Below, one piece after another: positions 20,492 through 30,535 of a stretch of 64,000 nucleotides of DNA (the first letter of the stretch is position 1; the number at the start of each line of letters is the position of its first letter). A program made the translations under genes and the position numbers. The DNA is from Polyangiales bacterium (GTDB lineage: Bacteria; Myxococcota_A; Polyangia; Polyangiales; Polyangiaceae). The stretch spans positions 96,001-160,000 of the forward strand of contig JBBRLQ010000010.1 of the NCBI GenBank assembly GCA_038231275.1, read 5' to 3'. The notes below the pieces were generated by a model. It ran no database searches and was not told where the DNA came from. It saw only the letters and a program-made list of their open reading frames with translations.

Positions 20492-21613
20492 GTGAGGCGC
20501 GGTTTTCTCGGCTCAGCTGCTCGATGGCTCGTCCGTGCGAGCATGCTCGCGAACGGCGTCGTCGTCGCGTGCGGCTGCGGAGCTCCGCCTCCACCTCGTC
20601 CGATCGCACGCGCCACTCCCGTCGCGGACGCCGCCGGGATGGCCGCCGTCGATGCGAGCTCAGGCGGCGCCGTCGACGCGGCCGCGTTCGACGTCCTCGA
20701 TGCTGGCGCGCCGGTGGCGATTCTCGACTCCGCGCCGGCGCCTCCTCCCGATCCGATGGCGACGCACAAGGACTCGCGCGACGATCTCCTGGCGCTCATC
20801 GACGTCCCGAGCCCGCGCGAGGCCGCGCTCCTCCGCGGTCTCTTCGGTACCGACGGCCCCGGACAGATGAACCAGGGAAACAAATCCCTCGCGCGTCACA
20901 AGAAGAGTCGCGAGGAGTGCCTCGCCGGCCTCAAAGACATCGTCATCCAAACGCCCGAGCAGCGCGCGACGTGCGGCGCCGAAAACATGGTCCCCGTCGC
21001 GGCGAAGGGCAAAGACCCCGCGTATTGCATCGACGTCTTCGAGTTTCCGAACCGCGCGTGCGAGCTGCCCATCGTGTGGTCGTCGCCGTCGGGGGCGAGC
21101 AATGTGTGCAAATTACAAGGAAAGCGACTCTGCACGCAGTCCGAATGGCAGCTCGCCTGCCGCGGCGATCCCGAGGGCGGCAAGGACCGGCGGTACGCGT
21201 ACGGCGACAAGCTCGATCTCGACGTGTGCAACACGCACCGCCCGCACCGCCTGCGGTGCAACCCGCTCGGCTCCAAGACCGCGTGGGCGACCTGCGCGAC
21301 CGACACCGAGCCGTCGGGCTCCTTCCCCTCCTGCCGCTCGCGCTTCGGCGTCTTCGATCAGCACGGCAACGTCGCCGAGGAAATGTCGCGCAAGGACGTC
21401 GACGGGAAGGTCGTCAGCCAGCTGAAAGGCAGCGCCTGGTTCTACAGCGAGGTCGCCCGGGAGCCCGATCGGCCCATTCCCGCCAGCACCCCCTACAAGG
21501 AGAGCGCCCACTCCGACACCTGCAACTTCGACCCGCGGTGGCACGTCGAGCCCCTCGAGGCCGCCGTGCACGTGAACTACCACCTCGGATTTCGCTGCTG
21601 CAAGGGCCTCTGA
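20492..21613 (+). CDS. FGE-sulfatase (SUMF1)-domain exported protein
   Basis: CIDVFEFPN, GKRLCTQSEWQLAC, FGVFDQHGNVAEE, LGFRCC. Confidence 0.85.
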   Translation: MRRGFLGSAARWLVRASMLANGVVVACGCGAPPPPRPIARATPVADAAGMAAVDASSGGAVDAAAFDVLDAGAPVAILDSAPAPPPDPMATHKDSRDDLLALIDVPSPREAALLRGLFGTDGPGQMNQGNKSLARHKKSREECLAGLKDIVIQTPEQRATCGAENMVPVAAKGKDPAYCIDVFEFPNRACELPIVWSSPSGASNVCKLQGKRLCTQSEWQLACRGDPEGGKDRRYAYGDKLDLDVCNTHRPHRLRCNPLGSKTAWATCATDTEPSGSFPSCRSRFGVFDQHGNVAEEMSRKDVDGKVVSQLKGSAWFYSEVAREPDRPIPASTPYKESAHSDTCNFDPRWHVEPLEAAVHVNYHLGFRCCKGL

Positions 21614-21681
21614 CCGCCCGGCAACCACCTGGCAATCACATGCGTGGGGACGGATTCACTCGCGTTTTCAGGGTTGCGGCA

Positions 21682-21699
21682 GTGACAAACCCGTGACAA
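21682..21699. promoter_or_regulatory. Direct repeat with 11-bp period (OmpR/PhoB-type site candidate) upstream of speA
   Basis: GTGACAA-N4-GTGACAA; a second pair GGCAACCAC/GGCAATCAC with the same period at 21620..21639. Confidence 0.45.
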
Positions 21700-21762
21700 G
21701 CAGCGGTCCCTTCGGAACCTCTCGATCTCCACACCAAATCGCGCAAGAGTGCGAACCACGAC

Positions 21763-23739
21763 ATGTCCGCGCAACTCACTGGGCTCCAGCCGGATACCGA
21801 ATCCAGGACGACGACGACGGAGGAGGTCCCGGTGTCACCGTGGACCGTCGAAGACGCTCGCGAGCTCTACATGGTCGAGCGGTGGGGCGGTGACTACTTC
21901 GGCGTCGACGAAGAGGGCCGCGTCACCATCGCGCCGCTCCAGAACAAGGGTCGCCGTTTCGCGATCATGGACGTCATCGACGCCGCGATGAAAGAGGAGG
22001 GGCTCAAGGCTCCGATCATCATCCGCTTCCAGGACATGCTGCACCACCGCGTGCGCGTCCTGAACGAGGCGTTCAACCGTGCCATCGCGGAGAACAAGTT
22101 CCGCGGCCACTACCGCGGCGTCTTCCCCATCAAGGTCAACCAGATGAAGGAGGTCGTCGAGGAGATCCTCGAGGCCGGCCGACCGTTCCACTACGGCATC
22201 GAGGTCGGCTCCAAGCCGGAGATCTGCGCGGGCCTCGCGGTCCACACTGACAACGATTCGCTCATCGTCTGCAACGGCTACAAGGACGACGCGTTCATCC
22301 GCGCGGCGCTCATGGGGCGCAAGCTCGGGAAGAAGGTCATCCTCATCGCCGAGAAGCTCTCCGAAGTGCGCGCCATCGTCCGTCTCGCGAAGGAGATGGG
22401 CGTCGAGCCGGAGATCGGCGTCCGCGTCCGCCTCGTCACGCGCGGCGGGGGCAAGTGGGCGGAGTCGGGCGGCGAGAACGCGAAGTTCGGCCTCTCGACG
22501 GCAGAGATCCTCGAGGCGGCAAGCGTCCTCAAGGATGCGGGGATGAGCAACGCGTTCAAGCTCGTCCACTTCCACATCGGCTCGCAAGTCCCCGACATCC
22601 TCATCATCAAGCGCGCCGTGCGCGAGGCGGCGCGCTACTACGCGAAGCTGCGCCGCATGGGCCACCCGATCGAGTACCTCGACGTCGGCGGCGGCCTCGC
22701 CATCGACTACGACGGCACGCGCAGCAACTTCCACGCGTCGATGAACTACAGCGTCGAAGAGTACGCGCGCGACGTGGTCTGGAACATCGCGGACATTTGC
22801 GACGAAGAACGCGTGCCGCACCCGCACATCATCTCCGAGTCGGGCCGCGCCATCGTCGCGCACCACACGGTCCTCGTCGTCGAGGCGTTCGGGACCATCG
22901 ACCGCGTGTCCGGCGATCAGGGGGAGGTCGCGGCGGTCGAGCACAAGCTCATCACCGGCGTGAAGGACATCGCGCAGAACCTCGCCGCCAACAACCTCAG
23001 CGAGTCGTGGCACGACCTGCTCCAGCTGAAGGAGCAGTCGCAGAACATGTTCGGCCTCGGGCTCCTCGAGCTCGACGTGAAGGGCTGTTTCGAGACGCTC
23101 TACTGGAAGACCACGTCGCGCATCAGCGCCCTGCTCGGCACGCTCGCGAAGGAAGAAGTTCCCGACGAGCTCGTCGACATCCAGCGTGAGCTGGCGAGCC
23201 AGCACATCTGCAATTTCTCGGTGTTCCAGTCTCTCCTCGACCACTGGGCGTTCGGCGCTCTCTTCCCGGTCGTCCCGCTCCACCGCTTGAACGAGAAGCC
23301 CACCGTGGAGAGCTCGCTCGTGGACATCACGTGCGACTCCGACGGCAAGGTCGCCAAGTTCATCGACCGGGACAACGAGAAGCCGTCGATCATGCTGCAT
23401 CCGGTCGACAAGGGGCCCTACTACATCGGCATCTTCTTGACCGGCGCCTACCAGGACATCATGGGCGACATCCACAACCTGCTCGGCCGGGTGAACGAGG
23501 TCCATGTGTTCCTCGATGACGACGAGGAATGTGGCTACTACATCGAAGAGACGATCGCCGGGAACACGATCTCCGAGGTCCTCCGGATGACCCAGTACGA
23601 GCCGCACGATCTCGCCGCGCGCATGAAGGCGCAGGTCGACGCGGCCATCAAGCAGGACCGGCTGAAGCCGACCGAGGGCATGCGCCTGCTCGCCGAGTAC
23701 GAGCGCGGGCTCAAGGATCAGACGTATCTGACGTGGTGA
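21763..23739 (+). CDS. speA: Biosynthetic arginine decarboxylase
   Basis: FPIKVNQ (PLP Lys), EVGSKPE, HFHIGSQ, DVGGGL, ESGRA, DITCDSDG, GAYQDIMGDIHNL. Confidence 0.96.
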   Translation: MSAQLTGLQPDTESRTTTTEEVPVSPWTVEDARELYMVERWGGDYFGVDEEGRVTIAPLQNKGRRFAIMDVIDAAMKEEGLKAPIIIRFQDMLHHRVRVLNEAFNRAIAENKFRGHYRGVFPIKVNQMKEVVEEILEAGRPFHYGIEVGSKPEICAGLAVHTDNDSLIVCNGYKDDAFIRAALMGRKLGKKVILIAEKLSEVRAIVRLAKEMGVEPEIGVRVRLVTRGGGKWAESGGENAKFGLSTAEILEAASVLKDAGMSNAFKLVHFHIGSQVPDILIIKRAVREAARYYAKLRRMGHPIEYLDVGGGLAIDYDGTRSNFHASMNYSVEEYARDVVWNIADICDEERVPHPHIISESGRAIVAHHTVLVVEAFGTIDRVSGDQGEVAAVEHKLITGVKDIAQNLAANNLSESWHDLLQLKEQSQNMFGLGLLELDVKGCFETLYWKTTSRISALLGTLAKEEVPDELVDIQRELASQHICNFSVFQSLLDHWAFGALFPVVPLHRLNEKPTVESSLVDITCDSDGKVAKFIDRDNEKPSIMLHPVDKGPYYIGIFLTGAYQDIMGDIHNLLGRVNEVHVFLDDDEECGYYIEETIAGNTISEVLRMTQYEPHDLAARMKAQVDAAIKQDRLKPTEGMRLLAEYERGLKDQTYLTW

Positions 23740-24742
23740 CCTTTCCGCGGTGCATGCGGAACAGGTTGGCGAAGTAGCCGGCCACGAGCACGAGCGACAC
23801 GAAATACCACGGCGCCGCCGTGCCGAGGGAGTACGCCTCCGCGGCGGCGGCGTGCGCGGTGAGATCGTGCGCACCGTCGGACGAGCGCAGGAGCGTGGGG
23901 TAGAGCGTCGCGGCGACGCCGGCGAGCGCGGTCGCGAGGAAGAGGCACGACGCGAGAAACGCGGCCAGCTCGCGGCTTCGTCGTCGAAAGAGCGCGCTCG
24001 CGCCGAGGGCGCACGTCGAGACGACGACGAGCCCTGCGCCGAGAGGGGAGGGGGTGAGACGCGCGACGCGGGCCGTCGCCACGTACGCGAGCACGAGGAG
24101 AGCTGCGAGGACTGGAAGCGTCCGTCCGGCAGCAAGGCGCGCGCGCGCGTTGACGGTCCCCGAGGTCTTCCATGCGAGGAAGAGCGCGCCGTGGTGAAGG
24201 AGCGCGGCGACCGCGACGACGCCCACCGTGACCGTGTACACGTCGAGGAGGCCCACGGGATCGCCCTGGTGCGGCGCGAACGACGTGAAGAGAGCGAGCG
24301 TGAACCATCGCTCGCCGCCGAGCGGCACGCCGCGCAGGAGGTTGCCGAGGGCGACCCCGAACAGGAGCGCCAGGACGCCGCTCGCCGCGGAGAAGACGAA
24401 ATCCCAAAACGCCCGCCAGAGCGGCGAGGCGAGGTGGCTGCGGAGCTCGATCGCCGTGCCGCGCAGGATGAGCGCCCACACGACGAGGAACATCGCGAGG
24501 TAGAAGCCGCTGAACGCCACGGCGAGCGCGGTCGGAAACGCGAGCATGAGCGTGCCGGCGGCGGCGATGAGCCAGACCTCGTTGCCGTCCCACCACGGGC
24601 CGATCGCGCCGAGCACCGCGCGCCGTTCGCCGTCGGTGCGCGCGATCCAAAGGTGCAGCGCGCCGGCGCCGAGATCGAAGCCGTCGAGGACGACGTACGC
24701 CGCGAGCGCGAGCGAGGCGAGCGAATACCAGAGGGGGATCAC
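23711..24742 (-). CDS. cydB: Cytochrome bd ubiquinol oxidase subunit II
   Basis: YVVLDGFDLGAG, IGPWWDGNEVWL; GTG start overlaps the cydA stop. Confidence 0.94.
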   Translation of the reverse strand: MIPLWYSLASLALAAYVVLDGFDLGAGALHLWIARTDGERRAVLGAIGPWWDGNEVWLIAAAGTLMLAFPTALAVAFSGFYLAMFLVVWALILRGTAIELRSHLASPLWRAFWDFVFSAASGVLALLFGVALGNLLRGVPLGGERWFTLALFTSFAPHQGDPVGLLDVYTVTVGVVAVAALLHHGALFLAWKTSGTVNARARLAAGRTLPVLAALLVLAYVATARVARLTPSPLGAGLVVVSTCALGASALFRRRSRELAAFLASCLFLATALAGVAATLYPTLLRSSDGAHDLTAHAAAAEAYSLGTAAPWYFVSLVLVAGYFANLFRMHRGKVTTSDTSDP

Positions 24743-26088
24743 GCGTGCCCCTCCGCGCTGGCGTCCCTCGGAGGACCCTGGGCGATCTCTCGCCCGATGA
24801 GGAAGACGTAGAGGAGGCCGAGCACCAGGTAGAGCCCCGCGAAGCCGAGGAGCGTGAAGAGCGCGTCGCCCGAATGCACGGTGGGGCTGGCGCCGTGCTC
24901 CGTGCGAAAGACGCCGTAGACGAGCCACGGCTGGCGGCCGAGCTCCGTCGTCATCCACCCCGCCGAGTTGGCGATGTACGGGAAGGGAACCGCGAGCATC
25001 AGCACCCACAAGAGCGCGCGCGACCGTTCGAGCTTGCCGCGCCACGCTTGCACGGTGGCGAGCGCCATCAGCAGAATCATCAGCGTTCCGAGGCCGACCA
25101 TGACGTGAAACGCGTAATAGAGGAGCTCGATGTTCGTGGGCCACGTGCTCTCGGGGTACTCGTCGAGGCCGTGCACGAACGATCCGAAGTGACCGTACGC
25201 GACGAAGCTGAGGACGCCGGGCAGGTGGATGGGGTTGTCGAGGCGCTTCTCCTTCACGTTGGGCTGACCAATGAGGGTGAGCGACGCGTTGGTGCCGCTC
25301 TCGAAGCGACCCTCCATGGCGGCGAGCGCGGTCGGCTGGTGCGCGGCGACGAGCTTCGCTTGGGCATCGCCCGTGGGGAACGCGACCATCAGCGTCGCGA
25401 CGAGGCCCAGCGTGACGCCGACGCGGAGGGAGACGCGCGCCTCGGCGGGATGCGCGCCGGAGAGCGTCCAGTACGCGCCGACCGCGGAGACGACGAACGC
25501 GCCCGTCACCAGCGCCGCGAGCAAGGTATGTGCATACTGCACGAGTGCCCACGGATTGCCGAGAAACACCCAGAAATCGGAGAGCGCGAGGCGGCCGTCG
25601 GGCAACGTGACGTAGCCGACCGGGTGCTGGAGGAACGCGTTGGTAGCGACGATGAAGTAGCCGGACAGCCAGCTCCCGACGAGGAGCGCGACGGCGACGC
25701 CGAGGTGCGCCTTGGGGCTCATCTTCTTCTCGCCAAAGACGAGAAGCCCGAGGAACGTGCTCTCGAGGAAGAAGGCGAACATGCCCTCCATCGCGAGCGT
25801 CTGGCCGATCACGCCGCCCGCGGTGTGCGTGAGGCGCGCCCAGTTGGTGCCGAACTGCATCTCGAGCGGGATGCCGGTGACGACGCCGACGACGAAGTTG
25901 ATCCCGAAGACGCGAATCCAGAAGCGCGCGGTACGGGCGTACGCGTCGTCGCCCTGGCCCCGGCGAAGGTGAAGCGCCTTCACGAGGACGATGACGAGCG
26001 CGAGGCCGAGCGTCAGCTGCGGAAACAGGTAGTGGAAGACCGCCGTGAACCCGAACTGCAGGCGATGCCAGAAGAGCGCGTCCCCCAT
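24739..26088 (-). CDS. cydA: Cytochrome bd ubiquinol oxidase subunit I (short Q-loop type)
   Basis: FHYLF, QFGTNW, FFLESTF, AAMEG, FHVMVG, ELGRQPW. Confidence 0.96.
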   Translation of the reverse strand: MGDALFWHRLQFGFTAVFHYLFPQLTLGLALVIVLVKALHLRRGQGDDAYARTARFWIRVFGINFVVGVVTGIPLEMQFGTNWARLTHTAGGVIGQTLAMEGMFAFFLESTFLGLLVFGEKKMSPKAHLGVAVALLVGSWLSGYFIVATNAFLQHPVGYVTLPDGRLALSDFWVFLGNPWALVQYAHTLLAALVTGAFVVSAVGAYWTLSGAHPAEARVSLRVGVTLGLVATLMVAFPTGDAQAKLVAAHQPTALAAMEGRFESGTNASLTLIGQPNVKEKRLDNPIHLPGVLSFVAYGHFGSFVHGLDEYPESTWPTNIELLYYAFHVMVGLGTLMILLMALATVQAWRGKLERSRALLWVLMLAVPFPYIANSAGWMTTELGRQPWLVYGVFRTEHGASPTVHSGDALFTLLGFAGLYLVLGLLYVFLIGREIAQGPPRDASAEGHA

Positions 26089-26107
26089 CGCGGGGACACC
26101 CTACACG

Positions 26108-26713
26108 TTAGTTGCAGTACGTGTAAGCGACGCCGCGGGTCGTGATCGTCTGCGTGCAGGCGTGCCCGTTCGGGCAGCTCGTCGGATCGGAGGGATCGCA
26201 GAGCGTGAGGGCGCCGCCACAGAGGTCTTCGCACGACGTGCTGTTGTTCGGGCCGCCAGCCCACTGGGCGCAGCAGTATTTGACCCCTGGGCATTCGTGG
26301 CGATCGTCGCAGTTGACGAGGACGGCGCCGCCGCAACCTACCGGTGTCGTGCAACTCGCTTGCGACTGCTCGAGGCAGCAGACGTCAATCCCAGTGCAAA
26401 AGGCTCCATTGCCGCAGCGGATGCCGGGATCGCCTCCGGAGTCCGCGGCGTCGGCGGTGGCGTCCTTTGCGGCGTCCTTCGTGCCGGTGTCTGGAGGAGA
26501 TGAGGTGTCCGCGCCGCCGTCGTCGTTCGTCGCGCCGTCGCCGACGTTGCCGTCGGTTCCCGTGGGGGCGTCGGTGACCTGGCTGCCATCCCCTGCGATC
26601 GCGCCGTCGCCGCCGTCGCCGTCGAGCGGACCGACCGAGAGACCGTCGAGCCCGGAGACCGCGGCGCACGCGGAGAGCACCACCGTCGTCATCCCGAGCG
26701 CGAAACGCCTCAC
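26108..26713 (-). CDS. Cys-rich lipoprotein
   Basis: GTG start, LSAC lipobox, DG-rich linker, 'CDDRHECPGVKYCC' module. Confidence 0.75.
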   Translation of the reverse strand: MRRFALGMTTVVLSACAAVSGLDGLSVGPLDGDGGDGAIAGDGSQVTDAPTGTDGNVGDGATNDDGGADTSSPPDTGTKDAAKDATADAADSGGDPGIRCGNGAFCTGIDVCCLEQSQASCTTPVGCGGAVLVNCDDRHECPGVKYCCAQWAGGPNNSTSCEDLCGGALTLCDPSDPTSCPNGHACTQTITTRGVAYTYCN

Positions 26714-26769
26714 CTCTGAAGAATAGCGCGATTGGTCGCCATGCGGCGGGTTGGCGCTAGAGTGCCGGA

Positions 26770-28719
26770 ATGGCTCCCCGGCGCACACACGGCCCCTGCT
26801 TTGCGCGCCCTGTCCTCGTGGCGCTCGTCGTCACGGCGATCGCCCTGGCGGCTGCGTGCGCGACGTCGAACGCGCCCGATGGGGCGGGACCGGCAGGTGA
26901 AGAGGCCGGCGCCGATGGCCTCACGGGCGCCGACGCCGCCAGCGACGCTCCCGCGGTCGACGCCGACGCCGCGCGCCCCGCAGATGCAGGCTCCGACGGT
27001 GACGCCGCGCCCGACGATCCGTTCAAAGAGACCCTCGTAGGCGCCGACGTTCCCGATCACCGCGTGGGGATGTTCTACCTCGTGTGGCACGCCCCTGCGG
27101 CGACGGCCATGAGCGCCATCGTCGACGCCGGAGGCGCGCTGCACACGCTCGAGGACGTCGTCCGCAGCAACGGCGCGCTTCGCTACGGCGATCTCTACGA
27201 GAAGTACGGCGTCGAGGCGCAGGCGATGTCGCTCTACTGGAACGTGCGTCCGAGCCTCGGCTTTTATTGCATCTACCGCGCGCGCGCCGGCGAGTCGGGC
27301 GCCGTCCCCGACTGCAAAGACATCGGCGCGACGACAAGCACCCACGCCGCGCAGCTCGTCGCGGCGGGGATCGATCATGTCGTCATCGACGCGACCAACC
27401 TCGTCGACGTCGACAAGAACGGCGGAGATCTCCTCCAGCTTCGCCCTACGGAGGTCCTCTTCGAGGAGTGGGCCAAGCTGCGCGCGGCCGGCAAGAAAAC
27501 ACCGCAAATTGCCGTGTGGAATGCGATCCCCGCCGGCGCCGTGCAATGGCAGAAGCACCTCGCGCTCTACCAGAACCCCGCCTACGACGGCCTCGTGCTG
27601 CGCGACAAGAAGACGAACAAGAAGGTCTTCTTCGCGGTCGACTCGCAGGACGCGCGCGCGCCCGATCCCGCCATTCTCGCGCAGATCGCGGCGGCCAACG
27701 TCGAGGTGCAGCGGATGTGGACGATCGCAGGGACCGACGCTTCGATCGATCGCTGGGCGTTCATGAGCTACTGCCAGGCGGGCGGCAAGGACACGACGAG
27801 CATCATCGGCGCAGGAGACTGCGCGCAGCCGTACACGCCCAAGAGCACGCTCGGCAGCGCGGTCGCCGTCGCGCCGTCGTTCCAGACCGGGTACGGGAGC
27901 CTCCCGAACGGCTCGGCCGGTAAGCTCGCGGGGACGACGTTCCGGCGGCAGTGGGGAACGGCGTTCGGCGTGATGCCCGACTATGTGTTCGTGTCGGGAT
28001 GGAACGAGTTCGTCGCGCAGCCGCAGCCGAACCCGTACGCGGGCGATCCGTTCGCGCGCGACGTCGGGCTCGAGCGCGATCCGGAAGGGCAGAAGCTCTT
28101 CGTCGACACGTTCGGCGCCGAGTACGGCCGCGACATCGAGCCGACCGCGGAGTACGGAACGGCGTACTACGATCTTCTGCGATCGTGCGTTCGCGTGTAC
28201 CGCAAGAACGCGGCGGGCGGCGTCACCGGGTGCAAAGACGCGGCGGAGTCGTGCTGTGACGCGTCCGGAAGCGCGGCGTTCGTCGGCGTGTACGCGCTGC
28301 ACAACGACGCCGTGAACGACGTGGTCCTCACGACATCGGCCGCCGAGAAGGCGATGTTGGTAGGGAACGGATGGCGCGAAGTGTGCTCCCGCTACGGATC
28401 GCCGTCGGTGTTCTGCCTCCGTGCAGACGAGCCGAGCACGCCGCTGGCGCCGTTCGTCGCGTACGCGGCGGCCGCGGCCGACAGGAAGGCGCTCTACCGC
28501 TGCCTCGCGGGGACGCGTCACTTCTACAGCCTCGACCCGGCGTGCGAAGGGCAGACCGCGGAGGCGCCGCTCGCGTACCTCGCGCAGTCTCCGACCGGCG
28601 AGATGCCGCGCCGCCTGCAGCGCTGCTACCGCGCGGCGACCGGCGAGCACACCGCGGCGCTGGGCTTCGACTGCCCCGCTGGAACGACCGACGAGGGCAC
28701 GTTCGGCTTCGTGCGTTGA
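26770..28719 (+). CDS. Lipoprotein, putative glycoside hydrolase-like TIM barrel with C-terminal DUF5648-like repeats
   Basis: AAAC lipobox; VGMFYLVWH, HAAQLVAAGIDHVVIDATN, VSGWNEF, RDIEP; C-terminal LYRC..HFYSLDPACEG. Confidence 0.7.
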   Translation: MAPRRTHGPCFARPVLVALVVTAIALAAACATSNAPDGAGPAGEEAGADGLTGADAASDAPAVDADAARPADAGSDGDAAPDDPFKETLVGADVPDHRVGMFYLVWHAPAATAMSAIVDAGGALHTLEDVVRSNGALRYGDLYEKYGVEAQAMSLYWNVRPSLGFYCIYRARAGESGAVPDCKDIGATTSTHAAQLVAAGIDHVVIDATNLVDVDKNGGDLLQLRPTEVLFEEWAKLRAAGKKTPQIAVWNAIPAGAVQWQKHLALYQNPAYDGLVLRDKKTNKKVFFAVDSQDARAPDPAILAQIAAANVEVQRMWTIAGTDASIDRWAFMSYCQAGGKDTTSIIGAGDCAQPYTPKSTLGSAVAVAPSFQTGYGSLPNGSAGKLAGTTFRRQWGTAFGVMPDYVFVSGWNEFVAQPQPNPYAGDPFARDVGLERDPEGQKLFVDTFGAEYGRDIEPTAEYGTAYYDLLRSCVRVYRKNAAGGVTGCKDAAESCCDASGSAAFVGVYALHNDAVNDVVLTTSAAEKAMLVGNGWREVCSRYGSPSVFCLRADEPSTPLAPFVAYAAAAADRKALYRCLAGTRHFYSLDPACEGQTAEAPLAYLAQSPTGEMPRRLQRCYRAATGEHTAALGFDCPAGTTDEGTFGFVR

Positions 28720-28737
28720 ACCGCGACCGGCCTCCGC

Positions 28738-28760
28738 CGTTCACGCAGTGTGCGTGAACG
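28738..28760. terminator. Hairpin downstream of the GH-like gene
   Basis: CGTTCACGCA-GTG-TGCGTGAACG, perfect 10-bp stem; no U-tract. Confidence 0.5.
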
Positions 28761-28898
28761 CGCCTTGACGGCAAATCGGGCCGATCACCCACGCGCCGAG
28801 TCCCGATCCCAACGGCTACCGCGGGTGCATGACGATCCCGTTCGACGATCTCGCCACCGGCAAGCCGGCGACGGCGCTCGGGCTCCTCGTGTCCGAGC

Positions 28899-30368
28899 TC
28901 ACCGACAATGCTGCGTCGCCGCTCGGCATCGTGCGGACGACGATCCGCGCGCGCTGACCCGGCGGCCGCGACGAACGCGACGACCGGCGAAGGCGAGGCC
29001 GATCGCGGCGAAAGCGAAGCCTGCACCTCCGCGTGCGCCATCTCCGGGCGACGCGCTGCAACCCGCGAGGCCGCTCGTGGAATAGCTGCTCGTGCCGCCC
29101 GACCCGGAGGCGCCGCCGGTGCCGGAGCTGCTCGCGGTCGCGCCGTTTCCGCCGCTCGCGCCGCTGGTGCCGCCGCGGGTGCCGCCGCTGCTCGCGCCGC
29201 CGCTCGTCCCGCCGCCGCTGGAGCCGCCGCTGCTCGCGCCGCCGTCGCCGCCCGCGGTCGTCGCGCCGTCGAGGCCGAAGAATTTACCGGCGTAATACGT
29301 CGAGCAGATGCCAGCGCTCAGGATGTACGACCCCGCGGCGCCGCATTTTTCGCCGCCGGGGGTCGCCGGATCGACCGGCTTGCTCGGCGCAACCATCGTT
29401 CCGTGCCCCTGCCCCGTGATCTCGTACGCCTCGACGACCGCCTTGCCGCTGGGATCCTTCCAGACCTTGTGCGGGAAGCCGTCGACTTGCTCGGTGACCG
29501 CCGGCGTCTGGCTCGCGCCGAGGACCTGCGTCCACTGCTTCACGATCTCGCCTTCGGAGTGGAAGTTGACCGTGCCGTCCGAGGTGCCGTGCCAGATGGA
29601 GACGCGCGGGCGCGCGCCGGTGAACGTCGGCGACGCGTTGTGGACGAGATCGGCCCACGCTTGCGGCGTGCGGGTGAGGTACGCGTTCTGCCCCGTGCTG
29701 TAGTCGCCGAGGCACCCGCTCGCCTCGGCGGTGGTCTTTTTTACCATCGCGCAGCCGTACGGCACGCCCGCCATGATCGCGCCGGCCGCGAAGACGTCCG
29801 GCCACACCGCGAGCATCACCGACACCATCCCACCGCCCGCCGAGAGGCCGGTGACGAAGACGCGCGCAGCGTCGATGGTGTGATCCTTCTTCATCTGGTC
29901 GACCATCTCTTTGATCGACTCGTTCTCGCCGTACCCGCGCGTCAACTCGGTCGTGTCGAGCGTCTCGCTCGAGACCGGAAAATCGTTGGGCGCCGACGGC
30001 CAGCGCCCGCCCCAATTGAAGCAGCCGAGTTGGTTGTTCTTGCCGGTGTTCTGCTGCGGGTAGACGACGTAGAAGCCCCACTGGTCGGCGAGGTTGTTCC
30101 ACCCCGCGGCGACGTACGTGTCGGGCGTCTGCGTGCAGCCGTGCATCGCGACGACGAGCGGGCGCGGTCCCGCGGGCATCTTGGCCGGGACGTACTTGAG
30201 CATCGTGAGGTTGCCGGGGTTCGCGCCGAAGGAGGTCACGCCGGTCAGCGCGGCCTCGGTCTGGCCCACGTTCAGGACCGGCGCGTCGGCCGGCGTCCCG
30301 CACGCGAGCGCGGCGAGGCAAGCGAAGGCGGGAACGAGGCGAAACGGGCGGCACAACGACAGCTTCAT
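28899..30368 (-). CDS. PHB depolymerase-family esterase with MYXO-CTERM-like tail
   Basis: VAMHGCTQ, CFNW, GLSAGG nucleophile, WHGTSDGTV, GQGH; C-terminal GCSA + TM + RR. Confidence 0.9.
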   Translation of the reverse strand: MKLSLCRPFRLVPAFACLAALACGTPADAPVLNVGQTEAALTGVTSFGANPGNLTMLKYVPAKMPAGPRPLVVAMHGCTQTPDTYVAAGWNNLADQWGFYVVYPQQNTGKNNQLGCFNWGGRWPSAPNDFPVSSETLDTTELTRGYGENESIKEMVDQMKKDHTIDAARVFVTGLSAGGGMVSVMLAVWPDVFAAGAIMAGVPYGCAMVKKTTAEASGCLGDYSTGQNAYLTRTPQAWADLVHNASPTFTGARPRVSIWHGTSDGTVNFHSEGEIVKQWTQVLGASQTPAVTEQVDGFPHKVWKDPSGKAVVEAYEITGQGHGTMVAPSKPVDPATPGGEKCGAAGSYILSAGICSTYYAGKFFGLDGATTAGGDGGASSGGSSGGGTSGGASSGGTRGGTSGASGGNGATASSSGTGGASGSGGTSSYSTSGLAGCSASPGDGARGGAGFAFAAIGLAFAGRRVRRGRRVSARGSSSARCRAATQHCR

Positions 30369-30380
30369 GGCGCCCGCAGG

Positions 30381-30396
30381 AGCACCGAGCGTGCCG
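30381..30396 (-). promoter_or_regulatory. Putative sigma54 promoter
   Basis: CGGCACGCTCGGTGCT; the -12 GC lies 13 nt before the ATG at 30368. Confidence 0.55.
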
Positions 30397-30535
30397 CCCG
30401 CGGCACCGTCGGGAGCCGCCAAATTTGCAGGGAATCGTGAGCTACTGCGACACGCATGTCGCGTCTCCGTCGGCCGTTCGCGCGTCGCTCGCGACGCGGC
30501 GCAGCGGGCGTGCGCTATCCTCGACGTCGCGCGTC

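Noticed and set aside
23711..23739. Convergent 3' overlaps (speA/cydB 29 nt; egtD/lysozyme 74 nt) as a regulatory system
   Set aside because: Short tail overlaps are common in compact GC-rich genomes, and I have no further evidence.
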